From Planctomycetota bacterium (lineage in GTDB: Bacteria; Planctomycetota; UBA11346), in assembly GCA_038231435.1 (NCBI GenBank), contig JBBRLJ010000031.1:1-64000 (forward strand): a stretch of DNA of 64,000 nucleotides. Reading direction: 5' to 3'. The position numbers were made by a program, and so were the translations under genes. The notes beneath the pieces were generated by a model. That model saw only the letters and a program-made list of their open reading frames with translations. It was not told where the DNA came from and did not search any database. Position 1 is the stretch's first letter. Every line of letters starts with the position of its first letter. This document shows positions 18,510-28,104 of this stretch, piece by piece.

Positions 18510-21331
18510 GTCTCGCCCTTTCCATCGTCCAGAGCGTTCGCTGGATCCGCGCTCGCATCGCCTCCGTCATCGAGCCGCGCTTCGTCCAGGCGCGCGATCG
18601 GCGCATAGCCGCGCATGGCGCTCGCGCCAAGGCGGTCAGCCGCGACCTCACCTGCGGCGAAGCGCGCGATCGCCGCGACCAGGCGGTCGCGGCAGGCGTC
18701 CAGCTCCGACATCGGCACCTGGCCGGCGCGCGGTTTGCCACCGCGCAGGAGCGACAGGTAGCCGGGCCGCACGCCGTCACGCAAGCCGAGGTAGTAAGCG
18801 GCGTCGACAACCTCACCCACCGCCTGCAGTCCGAGACAGTACGCCAGCAGCTGGCCTTCCGTCCGCGCGGCCAGCGCGGGCCGGTAATACGTGCCGGCGC
18901 CACGCTTGTAGTCGACCACCCGTACCGGGCCTTCGCGCAGGCGATCGAGGCGGTCGATGCGTCCCGTCAGCTCCATGCGTCCCAGGCCGGGGATCTCGAG
19001 CGGGATGGTGAGCTTGACCTCGGCCAGCGAGGTCGCGCCGGGGATCTCGCCGGCTTCGGTGGAGATCGCGTCGCGGATGGCGTCGCAGGCGCGGTCGCGC
19101 TGGGCGCGGTCGAGTTCATCCTCAGCAGCCGCCAACCACTCGCCGAGCAGCGGTTCGAGCGCGGCCGTCCAGCGTTCGGGAGGATGCTCGACGAGCCGCG
19201 CGAGCAGCGCATGCAGCTCGGTGCCAGCGCTCATCACCGAGAGATCATTCCACGGCGAGCCGAGCGCGAGGCGATCGCAGACGATGGCGAAGCCGTCACT
19301 GAAGACGGCATTCAGCTCGGCTGGATGCAGCCGCTGCGGCCAGCAGGCCGGTACCGTGAACGTGAACAACGGGATACCCACCGGTCCGATCCACAGCGCA
19401 CGTTCGTGCTCACCCTGGCTGTCATCGGGGCCGAGCGGCGCGCCGGGTGCTGCCTCGGGTTCCGCTGCCGAACGCTCCTGCTCGAGGTCCCATCCCAGCT
19501 GTTCGGCGAGCGTCGCGAGCCAGGCCGAGGGCTCGCGCTCGCCGCACGGGATGCCGATCAGCAAGCGGTCGCGCGCGCGTGCTGCGACCGCGAGCAGCGA
19601 TGCGATCTCGCCCGCCTCGCGCCCGGCCTCGTCGAAGCAGTCGCGCGGCAGGCCTGACGCCAACGCCGCACGCGCGTCCGGGGGCAGCAGGGTCCCCGAA
19701 CTCTTGGCGCGCGGCCAACGGCCGTGCTCGAGGCCGTGGATGATGGCCAGCGGACGCGTCCATGAACGGCCGCGCACCGCGTCCACGATCAGCAGGCAGC
19801 GGGTGGCGTCGTCGTGGCCGCCCCGCCGGACCTCGACGCGCGTAGCGCCGAGCAGGTCGTCGAGCTCGCGCGGACCGGCTGCTGCGAGCGCATCGAGGTC
19901 CGCGAGGCGTCGTACCAGTGCCGCGATCTCGCCGCCGAGCGAGAGGCTCTCGACCAGGCGCAGCAGGCTTGCGGCCCAGCTGGACTCAGCACCTTTCTTG
20001 ACGTTCACGGGCCGGAGCCGCGCGTGCCACGCGCCCATCCAGGCGACGAGAGTGCGCAGGCGCGGCCGTGACCGGTCGGGTTCGCTCCAGCCCCATGCAT
20101 CCAGCTCGCCATCGCGTTGGACGCGAGCGAGCCGCTCCAGCGCCTCGGCGGCCGGCAGACGCGCCCAGGGCATGAGCAGGTCCTCGAGGCGCAGCGGCGC
20201 CACGCCATCCGCGACGCCCGCGATGCCGAGGCGCGCGCACACCGCGAGCAGCGATTCCCAGGTGCCGTCCGCGCACCACGCGCCCAACGCGCGCAACAGC
20301 CCGCCCGCGGGCGTCGATACGATCGGGATCTGGAATTCGCCGTGCACCGGCACGCCAGCCGCGGCCAAGGCATCGGCGAGCGCCAGCGCCTCTCCATCAC
20401 AGACGCGCACGTAGACCGTCGCCTGGTTCGGCGGCTGGCCGGCGCGGCGGAGCCAGGCGGCGATGGCGCGTCCGGCATGGACTGGATCCCGGTAGCGGTA
20501 GCGGCTGACGCCATCGCCGTCGAGCCGGCGATCGTGGTCGAGCGCGTGCGCGAGGAATGTCCGCGTGGCTGACGCATGTGGGGAGCGCGGATGCACGCGT
20601 TCCAGGCGCTCGCGCTCCGCGCCGGGGAAGGCAGCGAGCAGCCGCTCCGACGGCGATCCCGGCCCGAGCCGGTGGTCGTCGATCGCGGTCGCGACCAGGC
20701 GATGATGCGACAGCGAACGCAGGAGTTCCAGCTCCGCCGGGGTCAGCGAGATGAAATCGTCGAGATAGATCGATGCCCATGGCGAGCCGGTGCCGCTGTC
20801 GGCGAGTTCGCGCAGGCGCTCGCCCGCGGTCGCTCGTCCCGGCGCGCGCAGCGCCGCGCGCGCGCGCGCCAGGGTGTGCGCGTGGGCGGCCGCGATGCCG
20901 TCGCCGCGCTGACGGGCGTTCGTCCCAGCCAGGGCGAGGTCGTCATCGGTGATGCGATGATCGTCCAGACGCAGGCAGGCGTCGGCAAGTTCGGTGGCGG
21001 TCGCACGGAAGCCCGAGAGGCCGTGCCAGGGCGTGGCCGCCAGGTTGCGCTCGCACCACGGCCTGAGCAGATGGGCGGCTGTCGCGAGCGGCAGTGGCCT
21101 GCGCGCGATCGCGGCCCCGGCGGCGCAGCGTTCGACGAATTCCCCGAGCGACAGCACCGGCGGCATCAGTCCCGGCCCGGACCAGGCATGGACCTGGCGC
21201 GCGAGCTCGTGCGGAAATCCCGGCTCCGGGCGCACCAGTACGGCCGAGCCCGGTGGCTCGGCGCGCAGCAGTTCCCACAGGCGGCGGGATTTCCCCGATT
21301 GGTGCGGCCCGGTGATCAGCAGGACGGGCAT
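18506..21331 (-). CDS. addB: AddB-type inactive helicase / PD-(D/E)XK nuclease subunit
   Basis: N-terminal ITGPHQSGKS; C-terminal GRIDRLD..VDYK..QLLAY; overlaps the addA start by 4 nt. Confidence 0.8.
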   Translation of the reverse strand: MPVLLITGPHQSGKSRRLWELLRAEPPGSAVLVRPEPGFPHELARQVHAWSGPGLMPPVLSLGEFVERCAAGAAIARRPLPLATAAHLLRPWCERNLAATPWHGLSGFRATATELADACLRLDDHRITDDDLALAGTNARQRGDGIAAAHAHTLARARAALRAPGRATAGERLRELADSGTGSPWASIYLDDFISLTPAELELLRSLSHHRLVATAIDDHRLGPGSPSERLLAAFPGAERERLERVHPRSPHASATRTFLAHALDHDRRLDGDGVSRYRYRDPVHAGRAIAAWLRRAGQPPNQATVYVRVCDGEALALADALAAAGVPVHGEFQIPIVSTPAGGLLRALGAWCADGTWESLLAVCARLGIAGVADGVAPLRLEDLLMPWARLPAAEALERLARVQRDGELDAWGWSEPDRSRPRLRTLVAWMGAWHARLRPVNVKKGAESSWAASLLRLVESLSLGGEIAALVRRLADLDALAAAGPRELDDLLGATRVEVRRGGHDDATRCLLIVDAVRGRSWTRPLAIIHGLEHGRWPRAKSSGTLLPPDARAALASGLPRDCFDEAGREAGEIASLLAVAARARDRLLIGIPCGEREPSAWLATLAEQLGWDLEQERSAAEPEAAPGAPLGPDDSQGEHERALWIGPVGIPLFTFTVPACWPQRLHPAELNAVFSDGFAIVCDRLALGSPWNDLSVMSAGTELHALLARLVEHPPERWTAALEPLLGEWLAAAEDELDRAQRDRACDAIRDAISTEAGEIPGATSLAEVKLTIPLEIPGLGRMELTGRIDRLDRLREGPVRVVDYKRGAGTYYRPALAARTEGQLLAYCLGLQAVGEVVDAAYYLGLRDGVRPGYLSLLRGGKPRAGQVPMSELDACRDRLVAAIARFAAGEVAADRLGASAMRGYAPIARLDEARLDDGGDASADPANALDDGKGET

Positions 21332-21409
21332 GACGGCCACCGTAGCGTGCCAAGATGAATGCTGAATGAGGAAGCCCGGAGCGGTCGCCCGCACGGGCAT
21401 CCGACCGGC

Positions 21410-22762
21410 TCAACCCTGACGGAGGAAGACCTCGTCGACGAACTTGGTGGTGATCTCGCTGTAGACGAAGCGCACATCGCGGATCAGGCGCTGGTGGAAG
21501 CCGATGGTGGTCTTCGGGCCTTCGATGATGTATTCGGCGAGCGCCTGGTCGAGGAAGCGGATCGCCTCGCGGCGATCGCTGCCGTGGACGATCAGTTTGG
21601 CGATCATCGAATCGTAGTTGGGAGGGATGGTGTAGCCGGCGTAGCAGTGGCTCTCGACGCGCACGCCCTTGCCGCTGGGCGAGACATACATGCTGATCTT
21701 GCCCGGACTCGGCGCGAAGCCGTTCTGCCAATCCTCGGCATTGATGCGCACCTCGATGGCGTGCCCCTGGGGCTTGATGTCCTCTTGCGCGAACGGCAGC
21801 GCCTCGCCGGCCGCGACCGCGATCTGCTCGCGGATCAGGTCGAGACCGGTCACCATCTCGGTCACCGGATGCTCGACCTGGATGCGGGTGTTCATCTCGA
21901 GGAAGAAGTACGCCTTGCGATCGAGATCGTAGATGAACTCGACGGTGCCAGCGTTGTAATAGCCGGCGGCCTTGGCGAGCTTGACCGCGTCGGCGTTCAT
22001 GCTTGCGCGCGTCTCGGGGGTGATGACCGGGCTCGGGCTCTCCTCGACCAGCTTCTGGTGGCGCCGCTGGGTCGAGCAGTCGCGCTCGCCGAGCGCGACG
22101 ACCGTGCCCTTGGTGTCGCCGATGATCTGGATCTCGATGTGGCGGGCCCGCTGGACCAGCGCCTCGACGATGCAGTCGGCGTTGCCGAAAGCCGCCTCGG
22201 CCTCGCGCTGCGCCTGGATCAGGCCCGACACCAGGCTGGCATCGTTGTGGGCCACGCGCATGCCGCGCCCACCGCCGCCGGCGGTCGCCTTGATCATCAC
22301 CGGGTAGCCGATCTGGTGCGCCACCGCCAGCGCTTCTTCCTGGGATTTTACCGGGCCTTCGGAGCCGGGGACGGTGGGCACGCCGGCCTTCTTGGCCAGC
22401 GCTTTGGCCTTGGCCTTGTTGCCGAGCGCGTCCATGGCTTGGCTGGTGGGACCGATGAACTCGATCTTGCAGTCGCGCACCACCTGCGCGAAGTGGCTGT
22501 TCTCGCTGAGGAAGCCGTAGCCCGGATGGATGGCGTCGACGTCAGCCAGCTCGGCCGCGGCAATGATGTTGTTGATGTTCAGGTAGCTCTGCTTGGCCGG
22601 CCCCGGCCCGATGCAGATCGCCACGTCCGCCATGCGCACTGGCAGGCTCTCGCGATCAGCCGTCGAATACACCACCACCGTCTCGACGCCCATGCGCCGG
22701 CAGGTGCGGATGATTCTCATGGCGATCTCGCCACGATTTGCGATCAGGATGCGCTTAAACAA
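21410..22762 (-). CDS. accC: Acetyl-CoA carboxylase biotin carboxylase
   Basis: ANRGEIA, HPGYGFLSEN, GGGGRGMR, EMNTRIQVEHPVTE, YDSMIAK; TTG start with GGAGAG RBS. Confidence 0.97.
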   Translation of the reverse strand: MFKRILIANRGEIAMRIIRTCRRMGVETVVVYSTADRESLPVRMADVAICIGPGPAKQSYLNINNIIAAAELADVDAIHPGYGFLSENSHFAQVVRDCKIEFIGPTSQAMDALGNKAKAKALAKKAGVPTVPGSEGPVKSQEEALAVAHQIGYPVMIKATAGGGGRGMRVAHNDASLVSGLIQAQREAEAAFGNADCIVEALVQRARHIEIQIIGDTKGTVVALGERDCSTQRRHQKLVEESPSPVITPETRASMNADAVKLAKAAGYYNAGTVEFIYDLDRKAYFFLEMNTRIQVEHPVTEMVTGLDLIREQIAVAAGEALPFAQEDIKPQGHAIEVRINAEDWQNGFAPSPGKISMYVSPSGKGVRVESHCYAGYTIPPNYDSMIAKLIVHGSDRREAIRFLDQALAEYIIEGPKTTIGFHQRLIRDVRFVYSEITTKFVDEVFLRQG

Positions 22763-22818
22763 TCAACTCTCCAACATGAATGGTTGTCCGGCCTCCCAGG
22801 GGGCAGCGCGGATCGCGA

Positions 22819-22844
22819 TGTTGGGGGGCCGTAGCCCCCCAACA
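22819..22844 (-). repeat. Perfect 11-bp hairpin between accB and accC
   Basis: TGTTGGGGGGC-TACG-GCCCCCCAACA on the mRNA strand (C-UACG-G tetraloop), no U-tract. Confidence 0.85.
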
Positions 22845-22849
22845 GAAAG

Positions 22850-23317
22850 CTAGCCGACCAGGAACAGCACCGTGCCGTACTCGACGGCCTGCCCGTCTTG
22901 GACCAGCACCTTGCGGATCGTGCCTTTGACGCCGGCGTCGGGCTTGATCTCGTTGAAGACCTTCATGGCCTCGATCAGGCACACCACCTTGGCCTCGTCG
23001 ATCTGGGCGCCCACCGCGACGAAGTTCTGGGCATCGGGATTGGGGCGCAGGTAGACCGTGCCGGGGATGGGGGAGATGATCTGCTTGCAGTTCGCGAACT
23101 CGTCGACCTTGGCCTCTGCGGCCGGAGCCGCGGCTGGAGCGGCGTGCGCCACCGGGGCGGGTGCGGCCTGGACGGCTTGCTGCATGACCGGAACCATCGC
23201 GATGTTGGGGGCGGCTTTCTTGAGCTTGATCTTGAGATCTGCGGATTCGACTTCGACCTCGACCAGGTCGTTGTCCTTCATCAGCTTGGTGATTTCCTTG
23301 AGAGTCTTGATGTCCAT
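22850..23317 (-). CDS. accB: Biotin carboxyl carrier protein
   Basis: MDIKTLKE N-terminus, Ala/Pro linker, SPIPGT, EAMKVFNEI biotinylation motif. Confidence 0.97.
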   Translation of the reverse strand: MDIKTLKEITKLMKDNDLVEVEVESADLKIKLKKAAPNIAMVPVMQQAVQAAPAPVAHAAPAAAPAAEAKVDEFANCKQIISPIPGTVYLRPNPDAQNFVAVGAQIDEAKVVCLIEAMKVFNEIKPDAGVKGTIRKVLVQDGQAVEYGTVLFLVG

Positions 23318-23392
23318 GGATCGGGGGCTCCAGACCGGTTTCCGGGTCGATACCAAGCTCCTGCGCGACAGCCGGGCTCGGGCGAGGCGGCA

Positions 23393-23420
23393 ACGGTAGG
23401 CCTCACAGCCTGGGAGTCAA
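23393..23420 (-). promoter_or_regulatory. Putative sigma70 promoter of accBC
   Basis: TTGACT-N16-TACCGT on the minus strand. Confidence 0.5.
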
Positions 23421-23548
23421 TTGCACCCGGGTCCGATCCATGACGTGAAGGCATGCTAACGACAGCGGGCATCCGCTTTGCGACATGCTCCGGGCACCCC
23501 TGGCGTGCCATTCGTCGCAACCGGCCTATGCTCCCGGTGGAGACCACC

Positions 23549-24961
23549 ATGGCGTCGAAAGTCCTCCTCCCGAAGTTTGGCCAGACCGTCGAGACCGGGG
23601 AGATCACCCAGTGGCTGAAGAAGGAGGGCGACCCGGTCCGCAAGGGTGACATCCTCTGCGAGATCGCCACCGACAAGAGCTCGCTCGAGGTCGAAAGCCA
23701 CTACGACGGAACCCTGCTGCGCGTCCTGCTGCCACAGGGTGTCAGCGCGCCGGTCGGATGCGTGATGGCGGTGATCGGCGCCGCCGGCGAGGCATTGCCC
23801 GAGACCTTCCTCGCCGAGTGTAGGGCCACCATCACGGTGGTGTCGTCGTCCCCAATGTCCTCGCAGCCGGCCGCCCCGACCGTTCCCCGCGCGGCGCGCC
23901 CAGTACCGAGCGCGCCGGCGGCCCCCGTCCCAGCCGCCGCTAAAGCCCTGGCGCCCATCGCCGAGGAGCGGGCGGGCCGGGTGTTCATCAGTCCGCGCGC
24001 TCGTCGCCTGGCCACCGCCAACGACGTGCCCATCTCCATCCTCTCAGGCAGCGGCGAGAACGGGCGCATCAGCGAAGTCGATGTCCGTGAATACCTGGAA
24101 GCGGTCGGCCCGGTGTCACCGGCCGCCCGCACCGCCGCCCTGGCCAAGGGGCTCGACTTGCGCGGCGTGAAGGGCTCGGGAGCGAGCGGTCGGGTGATGC
24201 TCGAGGACGTCGCCGGGCTGGCGGCCGGCAAGGTGGCAGGGAATGGCGCGAGCAAGGCAGGCAAGTCCGTTCGCCCACCGCTGCCCGCGCTGGTGGCGAA
24301 GCTCGAGAAGCCGAGCCCGATGCGCCGCGCCATCGCCGCGAACATGGCGGCCTCGGCCGCGACCATTCCCGCATTCCAGCTCGAGGTCACGGTCGATGCC
24401 GCCGCGATGATCGCGCGTCGCGAGGCCGACAAGGCGGCAGGGATCCGGATCGGCTACGGCGATCTCATCGCCAAGGCCTGTGCCTTGGCCATCCGTCGCT
24501 TCCCGATCTTCGCAGCCACCTGGCGCGACGACGGCATCGCCTATGGCGACCATGTTGACATCGGCTTCGCGGTGGCGGTGCCCGGCGGACTGGTGGTGCC
24601 GGCGGTGCGCGACTGCGACCTGGCATCGGTCCCCGAGATCGCGGCCGCCTCGCAGGCCTTGATCGATAAGGCCCGCGCCAACAAGCTGGCGCCAGAGGAC
24701 TACGCCGGCGCGGTGTTCACGCTCTCCAATCTCGGATCGTTCCCGGTCGACCGCTTCGTCGCCATCGTCCCGCCGGGACAGAGCGGCATCCTCGCGATCG
24801 GGAGGATCCGCGAGGAGCTTACCGTTCGTGGCGGCGGATTCTTCCCCGCCAAGCTGCTGAGCCTGACGCTGTCCGCCGACCACCGCTACATCGATGGCGC
24901 CGATGGCGCGAGATTCATGCAGGAGGTCAAGGAATTGCTCGAGGATGCCGCGGCGCTCTGA
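23549..24961 (+). CDS. Dihydrolipoamide acyltransferase (E2) of a 2-oxoacid/acetoin dehydrogenase complex
   Basis: Lipoyl ATDKS, two SPxAR...GSG..GR subunit-binding domains, catalytic DHRYIDGA. Confidence 0.93.
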   Translation: MASKVLLPKFGQTVETGEITQWLKKEGDPVRKGDILCEIATDKSSLEVESHYDGTLLRVLLPQGVSAPVGCVMAVIGAAGEALPETFLAECRATITVVSSSPMSSQPAAPTVPRAARPVPSAPAAPVPAAAKALAPIAEERAGRVFISPRARRLATANDVPISILSGSGENGRISEVDVREYLEAVGPVSPAARTAALAKGLDLRGVKGSGASGRVMLEDVAGLAAGKVAGNGASKAGKSVRPPLPALVAKLEKPSPMRRAIAANMAASAATIPAFQLEVTVDAAAMIARREADKAAGIRIGYGDLIAKACALAIRRFPIFAATWRDDGIAYGDHVDIGFAVAVPGGLVVPAVRDCDLASVPEIAAASQALIDKARANKLAPEDYAGAVFTLSNLGSFPVDRFVAIVPPGQSGILAIGRIREELTVRGGGFFPAKLLSLTLSADHRYIDGADGARFMQEVKELLEDAAAL

Positions 24962-24964
24962 TCC

Positions 24965-25066
24965 GGAAGAAGGAATCAGAAGAGCGGGAATAAGCGCCGA
25001 AAACGGAAGGGTGAACGCGCATCCGCTCTCTCTTCCCTCTTCAATCTTCCGTCTTCTCCCTCTTTC
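24965..25066. repeat. Purine-rich / pyrimidine-rich imperfect inverted segment between convergent genes (possible terminator)
   Basis: GGAAGAAGG..AGAAGAGCGGG..ACGGAAGGG followed by CTCTTCCCTCTTC..CTTCCGTCTTCTCCC. Confidence 0.45.
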
Positions 25067-26041
25067 TCAGTCCTTCAACCGCGTGGCATTCGCGACCGTC
25101 AGCGGCTCGGGTGGCCCGATCGGCACCGAGGTCGGAGTGTGATCGCCGTCATGCGGGTAGTCGAGGTGCACCATCACCGACCCGCCGGTGGCGAGGCGCT
25201 GCAGGATGTGGCGCTCGAGCCGCTCCTCGGCCGCATGGCCCTGGGCGATCGTCCAGTCGCCGGGCACGGTCAGGTGGAAATCGATGTGGGTGATGTCGCC
25301 GCTCGAGCGCAGGCGCAGGTTGTGGATATCGATCCAGTTGGGCTCGCGGATCTCGTTGATCGCGTCGACGACCCGCCGCAACAGCTTGCTGTCGACCTCG
25401 TCGAGCAGCCCGGCGATGGCGCGGCGGATGAGCTTTCCGGCGGTGTAGAAGATGAACACGGCGATGGAGATCGCACAGATGCTGTCGATCAGGGCGCGGC
25501 GGTGATCGTTCTCTACGAACCACATCATGCCGACGCCGATCAGCACGCCGAGGCTGGTCCAGACGTCGCTGAGCACGTGCTGGCCATCCGCGATGAGAAT
25601 GCCCGAATGCGTGCGCCTGCCGACCCGCAGCAGGAACAGCGCCAGCAACAGGTTGATCATCGCCGCGCTCAGGATCAGCCAGAAGCCGAGGTTGATCTCC
25701 TCGATGTGGTGGTCGCCATGGTAGAGGTTGAGCCCCGCCTGCCAGATGATGCCCAGGGCGGCGAGCATGATCATGCCGCCCTCGAAGCCGACCGAGAGGT
25801 GCTCGGCCTTGCCGTGGCCATAGGGATGATTGGCGTCAGGGGGCAGGGCGGCGAGCCGGAAGCAGTAGAACATGAAGCCGGTCGCGGCTACGTGGACCAC
25901 CGATTCGAGCGCATCGGAGAGTATAGCGGCCGATCCGGTGGCCAGGTAGGCGCCCATCTTGATGCCGAGCATGACGAAGCCCACGATCAGGCTCAGCAGC
26001 GCCGCGCGGTGGCGGGTGCGCACGTGGTCTGAAGGGGGCAT
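25067..26041 (-). CDS. Cation diffusion facilitator (FieF-like) transporter
   Basis: SAAILSDALES, HPYGHGKAE, ADGQHVLSD, HNLRLR..HIDFH; six hydrophobic segments. Confidence 0.93.
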   Translation of the reverse strand: MPPSDHVRTRHRAALLSLIVGFVMLGIKMGAYLATGSAAILSDALESVVHVAATGFMFYCFRLAALPPDANHPYGHGKAEHLSVGFEGGMIMLAALGIIWQAGLNLYHGDHHIEEINLGFWLILSAAMINLLLALFLLRVGRRTHSGILIADGQHVLSDVWTSLGVLIGVGMMWFVENDHRRALIDSICAISIAVFIFYTAGKLIRRAIAGLLDEVDSKLLRRVVDAINEIREPNWIDIHNLRLRSSGDITHIDFHLTVPGDWTIAQGHAAEERLERHILQRLATGGSVMVHLDYPHDGDHTPTSVPIGPPEPLTVANATRLKD

Positions 26042-26369
26042 GCGCCGGCGAGTATGGAGGCAAAGGCGCATTTTCCATCCAACCCCATCAGGGGTTGCGT
26101 GCAGGCGGCCTGGGACCCGTCTGGCATTGCAAGACCCCCTCGCCATCCTGGCAGGGCCGAGCGGGCTGCCGCCAGAGGCTTCGCTGCGAATGTCTCGTGA
26201 TTGTCGTCGATTCACCCTGATTGATGTCCTGCATCCACTCTTCCACCACCCGACCTTCCCTCCACGGCCGATTGGCCACCTCGTCGATGTCGTCCACTCT
26301 TCCTCGGAGATCCGTCCAGCCATCAAGCGATCGACATCGCGTCCAGGAGGGACCTCTACCGAGGTTCCC

Positions 26370-28040
26370 ATGTACTACGCCATCGTGGCGTTGGCGGCCT
26401 TGGCCGTCGGCGCCGTCATCTCGCTTCTGCTGACTCGCCGGCGGTCCGTGACCTCTGCCGCCGCCAGCGATGCCATCATCGCCGCCGCGTCGGCGCAGGA
26501 GCGAGCCCGCGCCGCGGCTGCCGTGGCCACTGCCGCCGCGGAATCGGCCCAGGAGCGCGCGCGCCTGGCCGCCGCGGCGATCGAGGACGGCAAACGTCAG
26601 CGCGAAGCCATCGAGGCGTCGTTCGCGTCCGACCGCGAAGCCATCAGGCGCGAACGCGGCGCCATCGCCGAAGAGGCGGCCAGGATCGACAAGCGCGACG
26701 CCAAGGCCGCCGCGCGCGAACAGGCCTTGGCGGTGCGCGAGCAGGGCATCGCCGCGCGCGAGCACAGCCTCGACCAGAAACTCGAGTCCCTCGACCAGCG
26801 GGATTCGCGGCTGCGCCTGCGCGAGGATGCGCTCGAGAAGCGCGAGCACGACCAGGCAGCGCGGATCCAGGCGGTCGCGTCCAGCGAACAGGCCATCGCG
26901 GCGCGCATGGCCGAGATCGCCAAGCTGACTCCAGATCAGGCGCGCGCCGAGTTGCTGGCCCGGCTCGACACCGAGCTGGTCGCCGAGCAGTCAGAACGCA
27001 TCGCCCGTCACGAAAAAGAGACCACCGTGCGCGCCAAGGAGCTGGGCATCGAGATCGTCACCCGGGCGATCCAGCGCTACGCCGCCGAGCACACCGCCGA
27101 GAGCACCACTGCCAAGGTCAAGCTCGCCGACGAAGAGTTCAAGGGGCGGATCATCGGCAAGGAAGGCCGCAACATCAAGGCGTTCGAGCAGGTGACCGGT
27201 GTGGACATCATCCTCGAAGAGGGCGTGCCGGTCATCACCATCAGCTGCTTCGATCCGGTGCGGCGCGAGATCGCCAGGCGCACCCTCGAGGTGCTGCTCG
27301 AGGATGGCCGCATCCATCCCGCCCGCATCGAGGAGGTGTTGGCGCGCGTGCAGCAGGACATGGATCGCGATCTGTTCAAGCTGGGCGAGGACGCGGCATT
27401 CACGGTCGAGGTCTCGGGGCTGCATCCGCAGCTGGTGAAGCTGCTCGGCAAACTCCACTTCCGCACCAGCTACGGCCAGAACGTGCTCAAGCACACCCAG
27501 GAGGTCTCGTTCCTCTGCGGCGCCATGGCCGCCGACATGGGCCTCGATCCCAAGCTCGGCCGGCGCTGTGGCCTGCTGCACGACATCGGTAAGGCCATCG
27601 ACCACGAGCAGGAAGGCAGCCATCCCGAGCTCGGCTACGAGGCGCTGAAGCGCTATGGTGAATCCGAAGTGGTGGCCAACGCCGCGCTTGCCCACCACGA
27701 GGGCCACCAGGTGCTGTCGGCCTACACCGTGCTTGCCGCTGCCGCCGACGCGATCTCGGCCGCGCGGCCGGGAGCGCGCAGCGAGAACAGCGAGCGCTAC
27801 ATCAAGCGCCTGCAGCAGCTCGAGGACATCGCCTGCTCGTTCAAGGGTGTGCAGAAGGCCTACGCCATCCAGGCCGGCCGCGAGCTGCGCGTGATCATCA
27901 ATGGCCACTCGCTGGGCGACCAGGAGCTGCCCAAGGTGGCGCGCGACATCGCCCGACGCATCGAGGACGAGGTGCAGTTCCCTGGCGAGGTCAAGGTGAC
28001 GCTGATCCGCGAGACGCGGCAGATCGCGGTCGCGCGCTGA
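26370..28040 (+). CDS. rny: Ribonuclease Y
   Basis: N-terminal TM, coiled coil, KH GRIIGKEGRNI, RTSYGQNVL, HD LLHDIGK, ADAISAARPGAR, AIQAGRELR. Confidence 0.96.
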   Translation: MYYAIVALAALAVGAVISLLLTRRRSVTSAAASDAIIAAASAQERARAAAAVATAAAESAQERARLAAAAIEDGKRQREAIEASFASDREAIRRERGAIAEEAARIDKRDAKAAAREQALAVREQGIAAREHSLDQKLESLDQRDSRLRLREDALEKREHDQAARIQAVASSEQAIAARMAEIAKLTPDQARAELLARLDTELVAEQSERIARHEKETTVRAKELGIEIVTRAIQRYAAEHTAESTTAKVKLADEEFKGRIIGKEGRNIKAFEQVTGVDIILEEGVPVITISCFDPVRREIARRTLEVLLEDGRIHPARIEEVLARVQQDMDRDLFKLGEDAAFTVEVSGLHPQLVKLLGKLHFRTSYGQNVLKHTQEVSFLCGAMAADMGLDPKLGRRCGLLHDIGKAIDHEQEGSHPELGYEALKRYGESEVVANAALAHHEGHQVLSAYTVLAAAADAISAARPGARSENSERYIKRLQQLEDIACSFKGVQKAYAIQAGRELRVIINGHSLGDQELPKVARDIARRIEDEVQFPGEVKVTLIRETRQIAVAR

Positions 28041-28104
28041 TCCACGCCCTTTCGCCCATGCCATCGGGGATTGCCCGCAACTGCCCTCGGCGCACGATCG
28101 GGCG

